A stretch of DNA of 62,482 nt, filler included, from Globobulimina sp. (GCA_003354225.1; 39 parts of 39 records of this genome joined end to end with filler, not necessarily neighbours in it), one strand, 5' to 3'; counted from the first letter of the whole stretch, positions 1-12,465 are shown. Translations and numbers: made by a program. The notes: generated by a model not told the origin, from the sequence alone.

Positions 1-74
1 GCATGTGTAATGCATCATTCAGTTTTTTGTTTTTGCAATTCTTATCATGATGTTCCTCGTAAACAACAACGTCC

Positions 75-193
75 ATCTATAACATCTGTAGATGCTATGC
101 ATCTTTAACATCTGAAAGAGCTTAACATCTAAAACATCTCTGGGTGTCAGACATCTACAACATGTTACATACATCTTTAACATCTATAGATGT
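75..193. repeat. Degenerate short-unit repeat (aacatct / catctttaacatct)
   Basis: Many acatct units; catctttaacatct occurs twice. Confidence 0.6.
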
Positions 194-243
194 CGTTCGA
201 CAATGTTTGTTATAGAGGTATAGCATTCCCCTAGGTGTCATAG

Positions 244-681
244 TCGTCTAACATTCCTCTATATGTTGTGGATGGTTTTCCACTGGCCAGTTCGACCCTA
301 ACTGTGAATCCGGAGGATATTGAATCCATTACCGTATTGAAAGATGCGGCAGCTTCCTCAATTTGGGGAGTACGGGCAAGTAATGGTGTCATTGTGGTTA
401 CCACGAAGAAGGGGACCAGGCAGGGGACACGTGTGGAATTCTCGGCCTTTATTGAGCTTGGAGAAAACGTGGATTTGGATGATCGGAAATGGATGTCTAC
501 GGCAGATGAGATTGATCTTTTCCAGGAATACTGGGAAAAGGGATGGTACAAAGGTATCAGGGGAGAGATAGGGTTGAACTATCCTTTCTCGCTGCAGGAA
601 GAGGCGAATATATATCTCCTGGACTACGCTCCAAATGGTGAATCCTGGACAACTGAGGAGTACAATGCTTATAAAGCACAG
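244..681 (+). CDS. SusC/RagA-type TonB-dependent receptor plug-domain fragment (Bacteroidota-like), fused in frame to unrelated AT-rich sequence
   Basis: PLYVVDGFP...[36 protein letters not shown] signature; GC drops sharply near 680. Confidence 0.9.
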
Positions 682-1506
682 ATAGCAGTTAAATTGATTA
701 AACATGAGACAAAAATGCAGGAATGGAGCAGTTTGAATATTTATGCAGAAAAGTTGTTCCATGAGTACTGCTCTCAAATGATTCATTTGGATTTCAACTG
801 GAAAGAGGTAGAAAAATACAGCAAAATTTATCAAATATACAAATCTGAAAAATATAACGCCATTAACATTGCTTTTTTGAATGTTTTGTATCCAAATTTA
901 GAGGACCTGGAAGTAGTTCACACAAATATATATTCATTGTTCTTAGATGATATATGGAGTCATTTACAGCAATCAGGAACAATATTGGAAATACGTATTA
1001 GAACGTCTGGTGAAAATGAGGGAATGTCCACAAACGATGCTGTTGAAAGATATGCAAAAAAATTCAATCAAATTGGATTTTGTATTGAAATTGGAGATAG
1101 AAATTCCATTTCTATTTGGTCATACTCGTTATTAACAGAAGATGAGAAATCAGAATAATTTTGAATATTGTGTTTGTTTTTTTGTTGTATGTTATAATAG
1201 ATCTAAATAAGTGACTAAAGATTAAAACCTGCTTAAATAAGTGATTGTGTTCATGGCTTGCATTAAACGCTCCGACAACAAATAAATAGGTACAGAAACG
1301 TTGCTCATCTAAAGTTTAAATCATGCAGTCATGGGATTACTCATTGAAGATCAAACATATTCAATGGTACACTGGATTACCCGTAGCTTTTTTATGACAA
1401 ATATTACATGCATTGATGTTTGTTGATCATTCTTTAGCTGGTAATGATAAACTGTTACATGGCTTCTTCTTCTTTTGTTTGACAAATAATAATGTGTGGC
1501 AGATCC

Positions 1507-1606
1507 NNNNNNNNNNNNNNNNNNNNNNNNNNNNNNNNNNNNNNNNNNNNTTAATTAATTAANNNNNNNNNNNNNNNNNNNNNNNNNNNNNNNNNNNNNN
1601 NNNNNN
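1507..1606. other. Artificial contig spacer (first of 38; recurs every ~1605 bp)
   Basis: N-run + ttaattaattaa (stop codons in all six frames) + N-run, repeated identically. Confidence 0.99.
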
Positions 1607-2335
1607 TGTTCTGCTGATGTTAAAACCTGTGCTGAGGTCTTGCAGTTGGCTGAAAATGTTGGTCCATACATTTGTTTATTAAAAACACACATTGACATTA
1701 TTACGGATTTTAGCCGAGAATTTATCGCAGCATTACAAGAAATTGCCACCAAATATAATTTTTTAATATTCGAGGATCGCAAATTTGCAGATATCGGAAA
1801 TACAGTGAAAGCTCAATTTGGTGAAGGAATATACAAAATAGCCTCATGGACACATATTACAAATGCGCATTCGATACCGGGTCCGGGCATTATTGACGGA
1901 TTGAAACAAATATCAAAGGAATGTAATTGCAATGCAGATGGTGCAGATGATAAAAAAGATGAATGTGCTGTGAATCACGGATTGTTGTTATTGGCTGAAA
2001 TGAGCAGTAAAGGCAATTTAGCAACAAATGATTATACAAAAACAACTGTGAAATATGCTGAAGAGAATAATGATTTTGTGATTGGCTTTATTTGTCGTAA
2101 GAAATTATCAGACGACCCTACATTAATTAATATGACACCTGGCGTTCATTTAGAAGTTAAAGGTGATGGTATTGGGCAACAATATTTAACTCCACATAAA
2201 GTAATACATGAAAATGGTAGTGATATTATTATCGTTGGAAGAGGTATTTATAAATCGGAAAATCAAGCGGAAGCCGCCAAAAAATATAGAGATTCAGCAT
2301 GGAGAGCATATCAAACTGCATTGAATGGTAATTGA
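1607..2335 (+). CDS. Orotidine-5'-phosphate decarboxylase (URA3/UMP synthase C-terminal domain), 5'-truncated
   Basis: LKTHID, FEDRKFADIGNTV, LLLAEMSSKG, MTPGV, GQQY, DIIIVGRGI motifs. Confidence 0.96.
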   Translation, partial: CSADVKTCAEVLQLAENVGPYICLLKTHIDIITDFSREFIAALQEIATKYNFLIFEDRKFADIGNTVKAQFGEGIYKIASWTHITNAHSIPGPGIIDGLKQISKECNCNADGADDKKDECAVNHGLLLLAEMSSKGNLATNDYTKTTVKYAEENNDFVIGFICRKKLSDDPTLINMTPGVHLEVKGDGIGQQYLTPHKVIHENGSDIIIVGRGIYKSENQAEAAKKYRDSAWRAYQTALNGN

Positions 2336-2538
2336 TATACCATATGTATATGACTTTATATTTGTAGACATTTTCTTTTGTATTTTTAATTTATTTGTTA
2401 AAAATTTACAGAAAAAAAAACACAGAAACTCTGAAAAAACTTACTGTACAATAGAGCTTTTAGTAGCACACTTTTTTCTGTGACATGAACTTAAGTTGAC
2501 GATTACTTTATCGTCACAGTTTACATGTCTATGGTGAA

Positions 2539-2660
2539 CAAGCCGTTAATGATATCATTGTAGAATTTGATATTTAATGATTTTTTTAATGATTTTTCAA
2601 CATTTAAAAAATGTACAATGATTATTGCCATATTTCAACAATGATATCATTAACGGCTTG
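2539..2660. mobile_element. 122-bp MITE with perfect 22-bp TIRs and 8-bp TSD
   Basis: caagccgttaatgatatcattg (2539-2560) and its reverse complement (2639-2660); atggtgaa on both flanks. Confidence 0.9.
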
Positions 2661-3212
2661 ATGGTGAAACATATGTCATAAAATATAGGTTGTATTTGAT
2701 ATATAAACCGCGTCAATAATCGAAACCTGTGACAACAGAGATACATTTGAATAATTTTATCTCTTCTCATTAGACTAGTGCCAACTAACTTTTTTCTAAA
2801 GTCGAATACATAAAACTTCAGTTACATGGCACTTACGCTTTAGTTTGCCAACTTTGAATCGGTTTCTCATTAATGAATTTAACCCAATTAAGTATTAAAT
2901 TCATATGACACCGATTCAAAGCAATCTAAAAATCGCGGCACATTTTTTGAGGAACATAAGTGTGGAGCTTTTGTAGTTGTGAAACAGATTTGTGGCAGTC
3001 TAAAAACTTTTCCGCAAAACTGTCTGTATGGTGACATTAAATGCCCGACATTAAATGCCCAATGTCGAGCATGGAGCCAACATCGGTTCCGCTATTTGGT
3101 ACAGTTGAACCANNNNNNNNNNNNNNNNNNNNNNNNNNNNNNNNNNNNNNNNNNNNTTAATTAATTAANNNNNNNNNNNNNNNNNNNNNNNNNNNNNNNN
3201 NNNNNNNNNNNN

Positions 3213-3507
3213 TTACTTGCCCGACGGCATAGGATATGCATAGGATCAATATAAATATGGTGATGAATATCATAAGTATACGCGCCGCAAATAATTCATT
3301 GGTTAATAATGCTATCCATGGATAATTGCGCTGTGCGCGCTCATGCGCTGAATATATTTCATGGACGCTGTGTGCTATGCCACTGGATGCTGCATCACTG
3401 ACTGCAGCTGGATTTAGGGAATCGTTTGGATGGAGTTTATCGTCAGTGTCGCTGGCAGTGTTGACGGTTTCTGTCATTTCAGTCGTTGTTTGCAATGTTT
3501 GCGTCAT
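3213..3507 (-). CDS. Membrane protein N-terminus, paralogue of 13398-13958, 3'-truncated
   Basis: TNELFAARILMIFITIFILILCISYAVGQ aligns with TEQLFCARVLIIFLTIFLSVLSVSYSTGQ. Confidence 0.7.
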
Positions 3508-3603
3508 TATTAAAGCAACTTTAAAATGAAAACAGTTGCTGACGTAGTATAAAATGTTTTGGTTTAAGAAACATGGATTCAACGTATTTTATACATTAAG
3601 TTG

Positions 3604-4718
3604 TTAATCATCAATTAGCTGTTTATATTTAGTGATAGTTCTAGCGGATGGATCCTTCGAGTCGGACCATCGGGGCATCCAATAATACGGAATTAGGTCA
3701 AGTTCACCAAAATGTTTCTCGTATAATTTCCTATAATAATATGCTTCCTTATGAATCGGTACATTTCCATTCCCAAAATGCTGATATCTGTCACACGCAC
3801 TCTCATACTCTTCGTCGCTGACAATGGATTCCACATAATTCCCTAAAATAATGTACCAAGACTCCTGTAATGAGGACACCCCATCGCTTAACGCTTCCTT
3901 TGTTCTCCACAACACCGACGATGGCAAAATATTGTCCCTATCAAATGCTTTCCGCAGTAAATATTTCTCAATCCCTTTGTACGAAGGCGCCCGTAATTTG
4001 GGTGATATTCTAAAGTAATCCGACACAAATTTTTTATCCAAAAAAGGCACTCTCACTTCCAAACCATGGCAACTCACCGTCCGATCCACTCTCTTCACAT
4101 CAAAATAGTATAAATCATCCACCAATCGCTTGGAATCCACACTCGATGCAATCTCATCCGGCGCGCCATGGTAATATAGGTATCCTTGCGTCACTTCGTC
4201 AGCACCCTCACCGCTATAAATCACAATGTCGTCCGTATTTTCATGGATGTACTCACTCATCAAATACATGGGGACACTCGCACGGATTGTGGTGATATCG
4301 TACGTTTCCAGCGCATATATCACTTTTTCCACAGCGGCGATGCCTTCCTCTGCCGTGAAATATATTTCCCGATGGTTTGTGTCTAAGTGAGTCGCCACTT
4401 GAGCGGCGTAATAAAAATCTGTGCCTCCCTCCATACCCACACTGTACGTGTTGACTTTGTAAGGATTGTATTTATTGACTAAGGCAGTTATGAGTGACGA
4501 ATCCAAACCACCACTCAAAAAAGTCGCTATTTTGCGGTCCGACATTAACCGTTTTTTGGTGGCGGATTGTATGTTATCATGGATTAAGTCCAAAGCGTCT
4601 TGCTCCGATTCAATCATATCCGGTGTATCGGAATGCGATACATAATTGACGATATTCCACCATTTATCAAACGATGACGGTTTGGAGGATGACCAGCTGG
4701 ATCCGGGCGGGAATTGTT
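3604..4718 (-). CDS. Glutamine-hydrolysing asparagine synthetase, synthetase domain, 5'-truncated
   Basis: LSGGLDSS, ETYDITTIRAS, SGEGADE, LEVRVPFLD, WRTKEA, WMPRW..DPSART motifs. Confidence 0.96.
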
Positions 4719-4818
4719 NNNNNNNNNNNNNNNNNNNNNNNNNNNNNNNNNNNNNNNNNNNNTTAATTAATTAANNNNNNNNNNNNNNNNNNNNNNNNNN
4801 NNNNNNNNNNNNNNNNNN

Positions 4819-5422
4819 TCAGCAATGTATCCATGTCCTGTGCAGTTTGAGTGTGGTCAGAGGAAATAATATCTAATCTGCGACGAAAACCTGTGATTTT
4901 CTGTATTAATGTGGCTTGTTTATCAAATAAAACTCGTTTCAATTCATCAAATATTTGAATAATCCTTTTTTCTCTTTTATTTAGTGTTAATCTATGTTTT
5001 TCAACACAGTTTGTTATAAATTGAGTGTTCTGTAATTTTTTGTTGTGATATTTTGTCGCAATTTGGTGCCATTCATTTTTCATATTTTTCGTATTCTGAA
5101 CATATTTCTTCATTTTAGTCAATTGCTGTTTCTCATTGTTGCTGAGATTGATAAATATTAATTTTGTTTTATCTTTATTCTTTTTATTGATAGAACGAAA
5201 TATCTCCAACGATTGCATAGCTTGCACAATTTTGCCAGGTAACGATGGATCGTTCACGACGCGCGGATCGGTGATGATAGAAACAAACTTTGCGTTACAT
5301 AATGTTAATGATGATAACGTATTCATAGCATGATCATCGAACACATCATAGCATGAGGCCAACTCGTTCTGTTTTAACCATTCTTCGAAATTCCAGCCCT
5401 CACAATCATCAGAGTGTGTCAT
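4819..5422 (-). CDS. Hypothetical protein, SAM-like N-terminus plus coiled coil, 3'-truncated
   Basis: FEEWLKQNELASCYDVF...TLSSL pattern followed by K/Q-rich helices. Confidence 0.55.
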
Positions 5423-5827
5423 TCGAGATTTCCAATTGTTACGGATTTTAACTGTTTTGCAGTTCTACTTCACTGAATGCTAACTGCGCCTCATTTTTTA
5501 GTTCAACGATATATTCTTAAATAGATCTTTTGAATGAAGTCAACGGATCGATCTGGAAACTGAGAATTAAGATTATTATATTTCACTCAAAACATTTAAA
5601 TTATTTAAGTTTTTTAAACATCAAACGATGCCAATACGGAGCATGATGCCAACCACCAACTAATGCCCCCACAAATTATCCATTCCAACATTAGATCCTA
5701 CTTTTTCTTGCATTATATTTATAACAAATATGCAGCTGCATGTTTGAAGACCCAATTGGAGATTAATTATGAGTCTAAATATACACTTTTTATACAATCC
5801 AATGCAACAAATTGCAAACCAAAAAAT

Positions 5828-6324
5828 ATGACTTTGAAAACCAACAATGACATTGAAACAGATAATGATAACAATACAAGCAATCCGGCCATGAGCATAA
5901 TGACACAATTTAAAACATTTATTGTTTTATTGACAGCAACTTTTGGCATTTTTCTGGTCTGTTTACAACAAACAACATTTATTTAATCACCAAAACAAAC
6001 ACATCTGTTGGGAGGGGACCCTTCATGTTTTGAGGCAGTAAAAGAAAGACGGCTGGCTGGTCATCACAAAGCTTTAATTGGTGCAATAGATCCCAAAATA
6101 TCATGTGTCTTTGGTGACAAAAAATATTTATTAGTCTCCAAATTAGGTTCTGGCACTTATGGTGATGTTTTTAAGGGATATCCAGCAGAGTCTCCAACTG
6201 AAGTTAGAGCTGTAAAAATGATGAGACGCTCGATAGTTGGTGAAAGTGAAGAAACGGAAGCCCGAATTACAGAAACATTCCAAACAATAACAGACGGCGA
6301 CACAATCAAAACCACAGAAAACCA
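5828..6324 (+). pseudogene. Membrane-anchored protein kinase N-lobe fragment with in-frame TAA at 5984-5986
   Basis: TM segment and LGSGTYGDVFKG...AVK are in the same frame, separated by one stop. Confidence 0.6.
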
Positions 6325-6650
6325 NNNNNNNNNNNNNNNNNNNNNNNNNNNNNNNNNNNNNNNNNNNNTTAATTAATTAANNNNNNNNNNNNNNNNNNNN
6401 NNNNNNNNNNNNNNNNNNNNNNNNGTACCACTTGGTGCGACTATGTACCAAAAAGTGACACTTGACCGGGAAATGAAGCCATAGCCGAAACGTATGTGTT
6501 CAGCTGTTCGGTAACGGCATTGTAACGAGTTTCAACATCTGGTCGAACTTTCTCAAACGTTTCCAGCTGACCTCGTAAATTAGCATTTTCGCCACGCAAA
6601 TCGGAAAACTGTTGACGCAATTCTTCGTATCTATAAATTGTAACAACTGT

Positions 6651-7787
6651 CTACACAATATGTACTGTGACACGGAAAACTAACTTTTGTTCCAGAACCA
6701 AAAGTTCCATGGAAGGAACAGTACTGCGCGGAGAATTATTTGTTGTCTTAGCGCTAGGACTGGGTGAAAACAACAGATTAGTACTCGATGTTCGTGTGAC
6801 GGTCGCCTTGGTTGGAGTACGGTATTTGGCGAAATGCGGAGAAAGCAAACTTTTACAAGGGCTGAAATGAAAGACATGTAAGCCAAATGTGGGACAACAA
6901 TTAAGGCGTACCTTTTGTCTGGGCCAACAGCTCTGGACGTGAATCCGTCAGCTTGTTCACATTCTTTTTCGGCAAGTTGCTTGGCAAACATTTCGGATCG
7001 CCTGAAAAGGAAATATGTGTAATTACAGCTATTGTGCCCCTTTGTATTATTTAAGGAAAGTATAACTGCAAAAAACATAACCGAAATCTTGTTGTTAAAG
7101 GCACATACTTCAAGTCTCGCGATTTGTTCCAAACACCGAACCGCTCCTCGTCCATGTCGTCCAAGTCTTCGAACGGAATCATAGTGAAATCAAATTCACC
7201 CAAACCATCTACAAATTCCAAGGTGGCGCTGTCCAATTTGTATGCGAAATAACAAAGTTCGTTAACATGACGCCAAGCTATTTTGTAATAACAGCCACCG
7301 TACGAAATAACAGATTCATCAGGCATCTGGTCGTATGTGTACCCGGTCATATCCAAATATCGTTGAGGCAAATTACGTCCCTTTTGTAGCTTCATACGTT
7401 CTGGTCGTACACGATAAACAACAGACCAATGATAGAGAGTCTTCTGCAAATTAGCACATACATAATAAGCCGCAATGAAAAGATGGAATTACTTACTTTC
7501 CTAAGTTTGTAGTCAATACCTCCTAAGCATGTAAACTTAATGCGATAGTAGCCGTTAACCCGCGGATCGTCAATTTCTTCAGCTCGTAAAGGACGTATTT
7601 TTCCTTTGAATTCTTGACGTCGGTGAGCGTCAAACACCACAACCAAAGTACCGGTAGGCAAGTGAGGGGTTTCTTTGCCATACCGCCAATTGTCACGATC
7701 CTTTGACATACCGCCGAAACCGGTGTCTGCTTCACATTTGTCGAAGTAGTACTGAAAAAAAGGACAATAATTATCCCAAACTGTCAA
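6651..7787 (-). CDS. Four-exon hypothetical protein (introns 7444-7496, 7002-7108, 6862-6911)
   Basis: GT(A)..CAG introns of 53, 107 and 50 nt link the successive minus-strand ORFs; true start uncertain. Confidence 0.65.
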
Positions 7788-8030
7788 ATGTTACGAGTTG
7801 ACGCAAACGAAACAACTATTAAACAACGCAACAATTATTAAACAGATAACAGAGTTGGCGTTAAATGGACGCAATACATGGCTGAAGGAAGTTAATATTT
7901 TCGCCGACATAACAATATACCGAAAAAAGNNNNNNNNNNNNNNNNNNNNNNNNNNNNNNNNNNNNNNNNNNNNTTAATTAATTAANNNNNNNNNNNNNNN
8001 NNNNNNNNNNNNNNNNNNNNNNNNNNNNNT

Positions 8031-8168
8031 GGAAATTTTGTGGTGGATGGCGATAAAGATTATAAAGTTGCAAATAATACGGTTTATTTTGGTGGACAAT
8101 ATCCATCTGCTCTAATATTACCAGTTGTGGATAAACAATGGCTGCATGACAGGAAACTTGAATTGTAA
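8031..8168 (+). CDS. C-terminus of CocE/NonD-family hydrolase (PepX_C-like)
   Basis: VANNTVYFGGQYPSALILPVV then stop. Confidence 0.65.
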   Translation, partial: GNFVVDGDKDYKVANNTVYFGGQYPSALILPVVDKQWLHDRKLEL

Positions 8169-8338
8169 ATTAATTTAATTAAGCTAATATTAATTAGTGT
8201 AAATAATAAGTAATAAATAATAAATAATAATTTCGTCGGACCAGATATTGTGTCTCATAAAGTTTGTCAGCGATAACCTATTGCTCGTTTAGTGTTTCTG
8301 GTTTAGAAGGCCGGAAAGTTTGTAATTGAAAAAATTTG

Positions 8339-9534
8339 TTAATCAATATCTGGCAATCCATCCTCATCTAACACCATATTTGCTTGAGTTTCGTTGGTAA
8401 TTTCGATATATTGCTTGCTCTCTGTCTCTAACAGTTTTGTTTCTTGGCGACCAGATGTATTAAAGATTAGCCCAGTCTGTTTCCTATCCATTCTCTTTAA
8501 TGTTTCAAAACATAAATCCATACCACACTCCATCATATGTTGAAGTGGAAAATCCAAATCTACGTTACATTTTGGACACTGCTTAATATCCAATGTAATG
8601 ATATAACTTTTGATTTCGGCAATAACATGAAAATCACAATCATTGTATGATTTATGATCACCAATATCTGTTTGAAAAGGTATACGTAATTTATTTATCA
8701 ATTTGTCAAATCCAAATAACAACATTCCGTTAAATACAGCTTCTGAACGACAAATCGAACGATTAATAAAATAACAAAAGTCCAAATCTTTATATAATAT
8801 CGTTAATCGATTCATTATCCAAATTGAATGCTCATCATTTCTATTTTCGAGAGGCAAATAAATGATGGAATTATCAATTAATATTGGTATAAATGAAAAA
8901 TATTCGGTTTGCAATATCTCATACATGGCCTGAAATATATTGTTCGTTTCAGGTATCATAACTTTACCATCAATGAATGAATCATAGTGAGCGAGTAAAT
9001 TGCCAATAATCCAAAAAAACTTTGTTGACCACGCATTTGCTTCACCAGTATCTGTTTCATATTTATTTAACTTTAACCAATCCCATATTTGCTTCTTATT
9101 CATTGTACTAATATTATCCAATAAATTCACCAACGGATTTTGCCAACATACGGGAATTTGATTACGTTCATAATCAGACATTGTCGCGTTATGCGTATTA
9201 AAATGAACTAAATTTCTCCATAAAACAACATCTAAATCGGGATCAATATGATCTCTGATATAATAATGTATTTCCCGCAATGCATTAACTGCGGTGAATA
9301 TAACGTATGTTTCTATGTATTACAATTATATTGAATTAATGTACTGAACTTGTCCAATTTCAGAATATTATAATTCCACACCTAAGAGAGCACATTGTTC
9401 ATCTGGATCAAAGACGCCTTTTTCAAATAAATGATTGAAATAAAATTTCAAATAAATTAGTTTCGCCAACAGCATAATGTCGAAATGGATAATAATAATT
9501 TAAACGACCGTAATATTGACCTGCTACCAAGATG
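8339..9534 (-). CDS. Hypothetical protein with CxxC..H..C motif; probable intron ~9290-9380
   Basis: 313-aa ORF with CPKC...HMMEC; upstream open frame joins via GT..CAG. Confidence 0.55.
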
Positions 9535-9634
9535 NNNNNNNNNNNNNNNNNNNNNNNNNNNNNNNNNNNNNNNNNNNNTTAATTAATTAANNNNNNNNNN
9601 NNNNNNNNNNNNNNNNNNNNNNNNNNNNNNNNNN

Positions 9635-10780
9635 CAACAACAAATGCAGTTACAACGAGAATTCCAAGCAGAACAACAAGAAAAGACTGATCGTAAAATA
9701 GCCGAACAACAAGAAAAGAGTGATATGAGAGCTGAGAAATTCCTTGACAGGCAGAAACGCATAACAGACGAACAATTACACCTTATGCGAGAACAATTAC
9801 AGGACCAAAAGATACAATCTAATAGACATCTCGAGGCAATTCAAACTGCAAGTGAAAACAGTAGTACGAAAAGTAACAAAACAGTAAAATTACCAACACT
9901 AGCAATAGAAACGTTCGAAGGAGATATGTTACGATGGACGGCATTTTGGGACAGATTCAACGCGTCAATAAATGAAAACGAAAATATGAGCGCAGTTGAT
10001 AAATTCAATTATTTAAAAAGTTATTTACGTGGTCCAGCTTTGCATATGTTAGACGGCATGCAATTAACCGACGAAAATTATGCTGAAGCAGTAGATCGGC
10101 TCAAACAAAAATACAGTGATAAATCGCTCGTCATATCTACACATATTACACAATTATTAAACTTGAAATCGGTAGCTGACGATGTATCACAATTAGAACG
10201 ATTTTATAATGAAGTCGAAAACCACGTTAGATGCTTAAAAGTATTGGGAAAAACAGTGGAAAATGAAACCACGGTAGAAGCATTAATACAAAAACTGCCA
10301 TCTAAACTACAAGAGAAATGGTGCCCAAAAATGCCCGAAACTAAACAATTAGATTTTCTCCTTGAACAAATTAACAAAGAAATCAAAAAACGTCAGATAT
10401 TAAAAATAAGGACAAACAACGAAACAAAGGAAGATAAACATAACACGTATAACGAAGCACGCAGATACGATCAAACACCAAATAAATCAGGCATAGACCG
10501 TAAGAACGGAAAGACAACTCAAACCTACGATAGCACAAGAAAAGGATTAGAATGTGTATATTGTAAAAAAGAACATTTCTCAGACAAATGTCTCAAATAC
10601 CGAACTGTAGAAGCTCGCAAGCAAAAGTTAGGAAAAACAGCTTGTTTACGTTGTCTACAAGATGGTCATAGAATTAATGATTGTAAGAGTATCAAAGGTT
10701 GTTATTTCTGTAAGGATTTGTCACATCATGCGAGTTTACATGAAAAACGCGATTCAAAATTAGTCAATCCAGCATTTATA
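9635..10780 (+). mobile_element. BEL/Pao LTR retrotransposon gag (DUF1759 plus zinc knuckles)
   Basis: KLPTLAIETFEGD..W..FWD.F..DKFNYLKSYLRG.A..NY..A...LK.KY; three CxxC..H knuckles. Confidence 0.93.
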
Positions 10781-11139
10781 GAGCCCAAGGGCAAAGAGGA
10801 TGACAATAGAGAGAAAAGCGGAGCTATCCGTCTAGATGTAACAGAATCGATGGACATACAATTCATGGATAATCCCAACCACGGTGTGATCGGCAGATCT
10901 AGGGAGACTCGTCGCAGCAGGCGTACCAAGGAGGAGCTTATCAAGTTCGAGTACAAGATGAGGACGTTGCAAGTGACCACGTGCTGCGTTTGCAGGGAGA
11001 ACAAGCTGATATTCCCCAAGGGCGTTGCTAAAGACATGCCCACGCTAAATTCGGTGGGCGACCACATATGCGACATCTGCAAGAAGAACAAGTGTCAAGA
11101 AAACAACAAATATTTGAAGGAGAATTTGCACCCAATCTG
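10780..11139 (+). mobile_element. Possible Helitron-like Rep-associated Cys-rich fragment (region preceding DUF6570)
   Basis: FE..M.......C.VCRE...C..C.......ENLHP pattern; GC shift at ~10780. Confidence 0.45.
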
Positions 11140-11239
11140 NNNNNNNNNNNNNNNNNNNNNNNNNNNNNNNNNNNNNNNNNNNNTTAATTAATTAANNNNN
11201 NNNNNNNNNNNNNNNNNNNNNNNNNNNNNNNNNNNNNNN

Positions 11240-11921
11240 CATGGTCATGGTCATGATTATGTCCCTGATGTAATATCGAGCCCATTGCAATATTTACGAG
11301 AATGCCGCAACATGCCACAATAAACATAATTTTTCCGTTAACATTTTGTGGTGTTATTAATCTATAAATTGCCTCATAAACCAACCAAACCGTTAGGCCC
11401 CAAATTAAGAATACACTAAAAAGGGCGCCAACAATCTCAGCTCTGTGATATCCGTACGTCAATTTATTGGTTGCTTCTTTTTGTGTCATCCACAATGCAA
11501 TCACCGATATGATCAATCCGCCACAATCGGACAGCAAATGTAAGGCATCGGACATCAAAGCAATAGAACCGGCGACATATCCACCGACAAACTCAGCGAT
11601 CATAAAAACAACACAAAATACTGCTGCAAATAATAATTTCTTCCTGGCTTTCTCCCCGCTTTCAACATCTTGTTCCGTTTTTTTGTCAAAGTGACAGCCA
11701 TAATCACAGTTGTAATTATTTGGTGCAATTTTACGTAAATTATTAATATCCAGCGATGTTAAAACTATGTCCTCACTTTTATTTGATATTAATTTCTCAT
11801 ATTTCGAATTGATACTATTGCTGTTAATACTAATATTATTCTTATTTTTATTTTTATCAATATTATCTCGCATCATCTGAGAAACAAAGTGGCTGTATGT
11901 TGCGTAGTAATGCTTGAGCAT
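11240..11921 (-). CDS. Cation diffusion facilitator zinc transporter (ZnT/SLC30-like), 3'-truncated
   Basis: SIALMSDALHLLSD, TYGYHRAEIVGAL, His-rich loop. Confidence 0.95.
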
Positions 11922-11991
11922 AGGCGCAGGGATTAAAAGTTAAAACGATAAATTGTGAAAAGCACTTGAGTTGTCACAGTTTCATCGACTA

Positions 11992-12465
11992 ATGGCAGAT
12001 TTTGAGGATGAGACAAATGATTCAGATCAGGAAATGAAACAGAAACAAAAACAAAAACAAAAACAAAAACAAGATGTTGTTGTGATTGGTAGAGGTCATG
12101 TCCCTTCAATACAAAATGAAATGTGTCATCCCTCAAAATCAGGACATTTTGATAGTTTAAATGATTTTGATCAAAATTCATCAAATAAAAATGTACAAAA
12201 GTCAGTGGAAGGATATGTATTATTTGTAACAAACATTCATGAAGAAGCTAAAGATGATGATATTTATGAAAAGTTTAGTGAATGGGGACATGTTAAACAA
12301 TTTAATGTTCCGTTAGATCGTCGGACTGGTTTTGTTAAAGGTTATGCATTGATACAATTTACTACATTTAAAGAGGCCCAAGCCGCAATAAATGGTGTCG
12401 ATCAAACTCAATTATACAATAAAATACTTAGTGTCGATTGGGCGTTCTATAAACCATCAATTTAA
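11992..12465 (+). CDS. RBM8A: RNA-binding protein 8A (Y14), exon junction complex
   Basis: KSVEGYVLFVTNIHEEA...LDRRTGFVKGYAL...VDWAF. Confidence 0.95.
   Translation: MADFEDETNDSDQEMKQKQKQKQKQKQDVVVIGRGHVPSIQNEMCHPSKSGHFDSLNDFDQNSSNKNVQKSVEGYVLFVTNIHEEAKDDDIYEKFSEWGHVKQFNVPLDRRTGFVKGYALIQFTTFKEAQAAINGVDQTQLYNKILSVDWAFYKPSI

Noticed and set aside
5984-5986. Alternative genetic code (TAA = Gln)
   Set aside because: Conserved genes in the window read through with the standard code and several end in TAA
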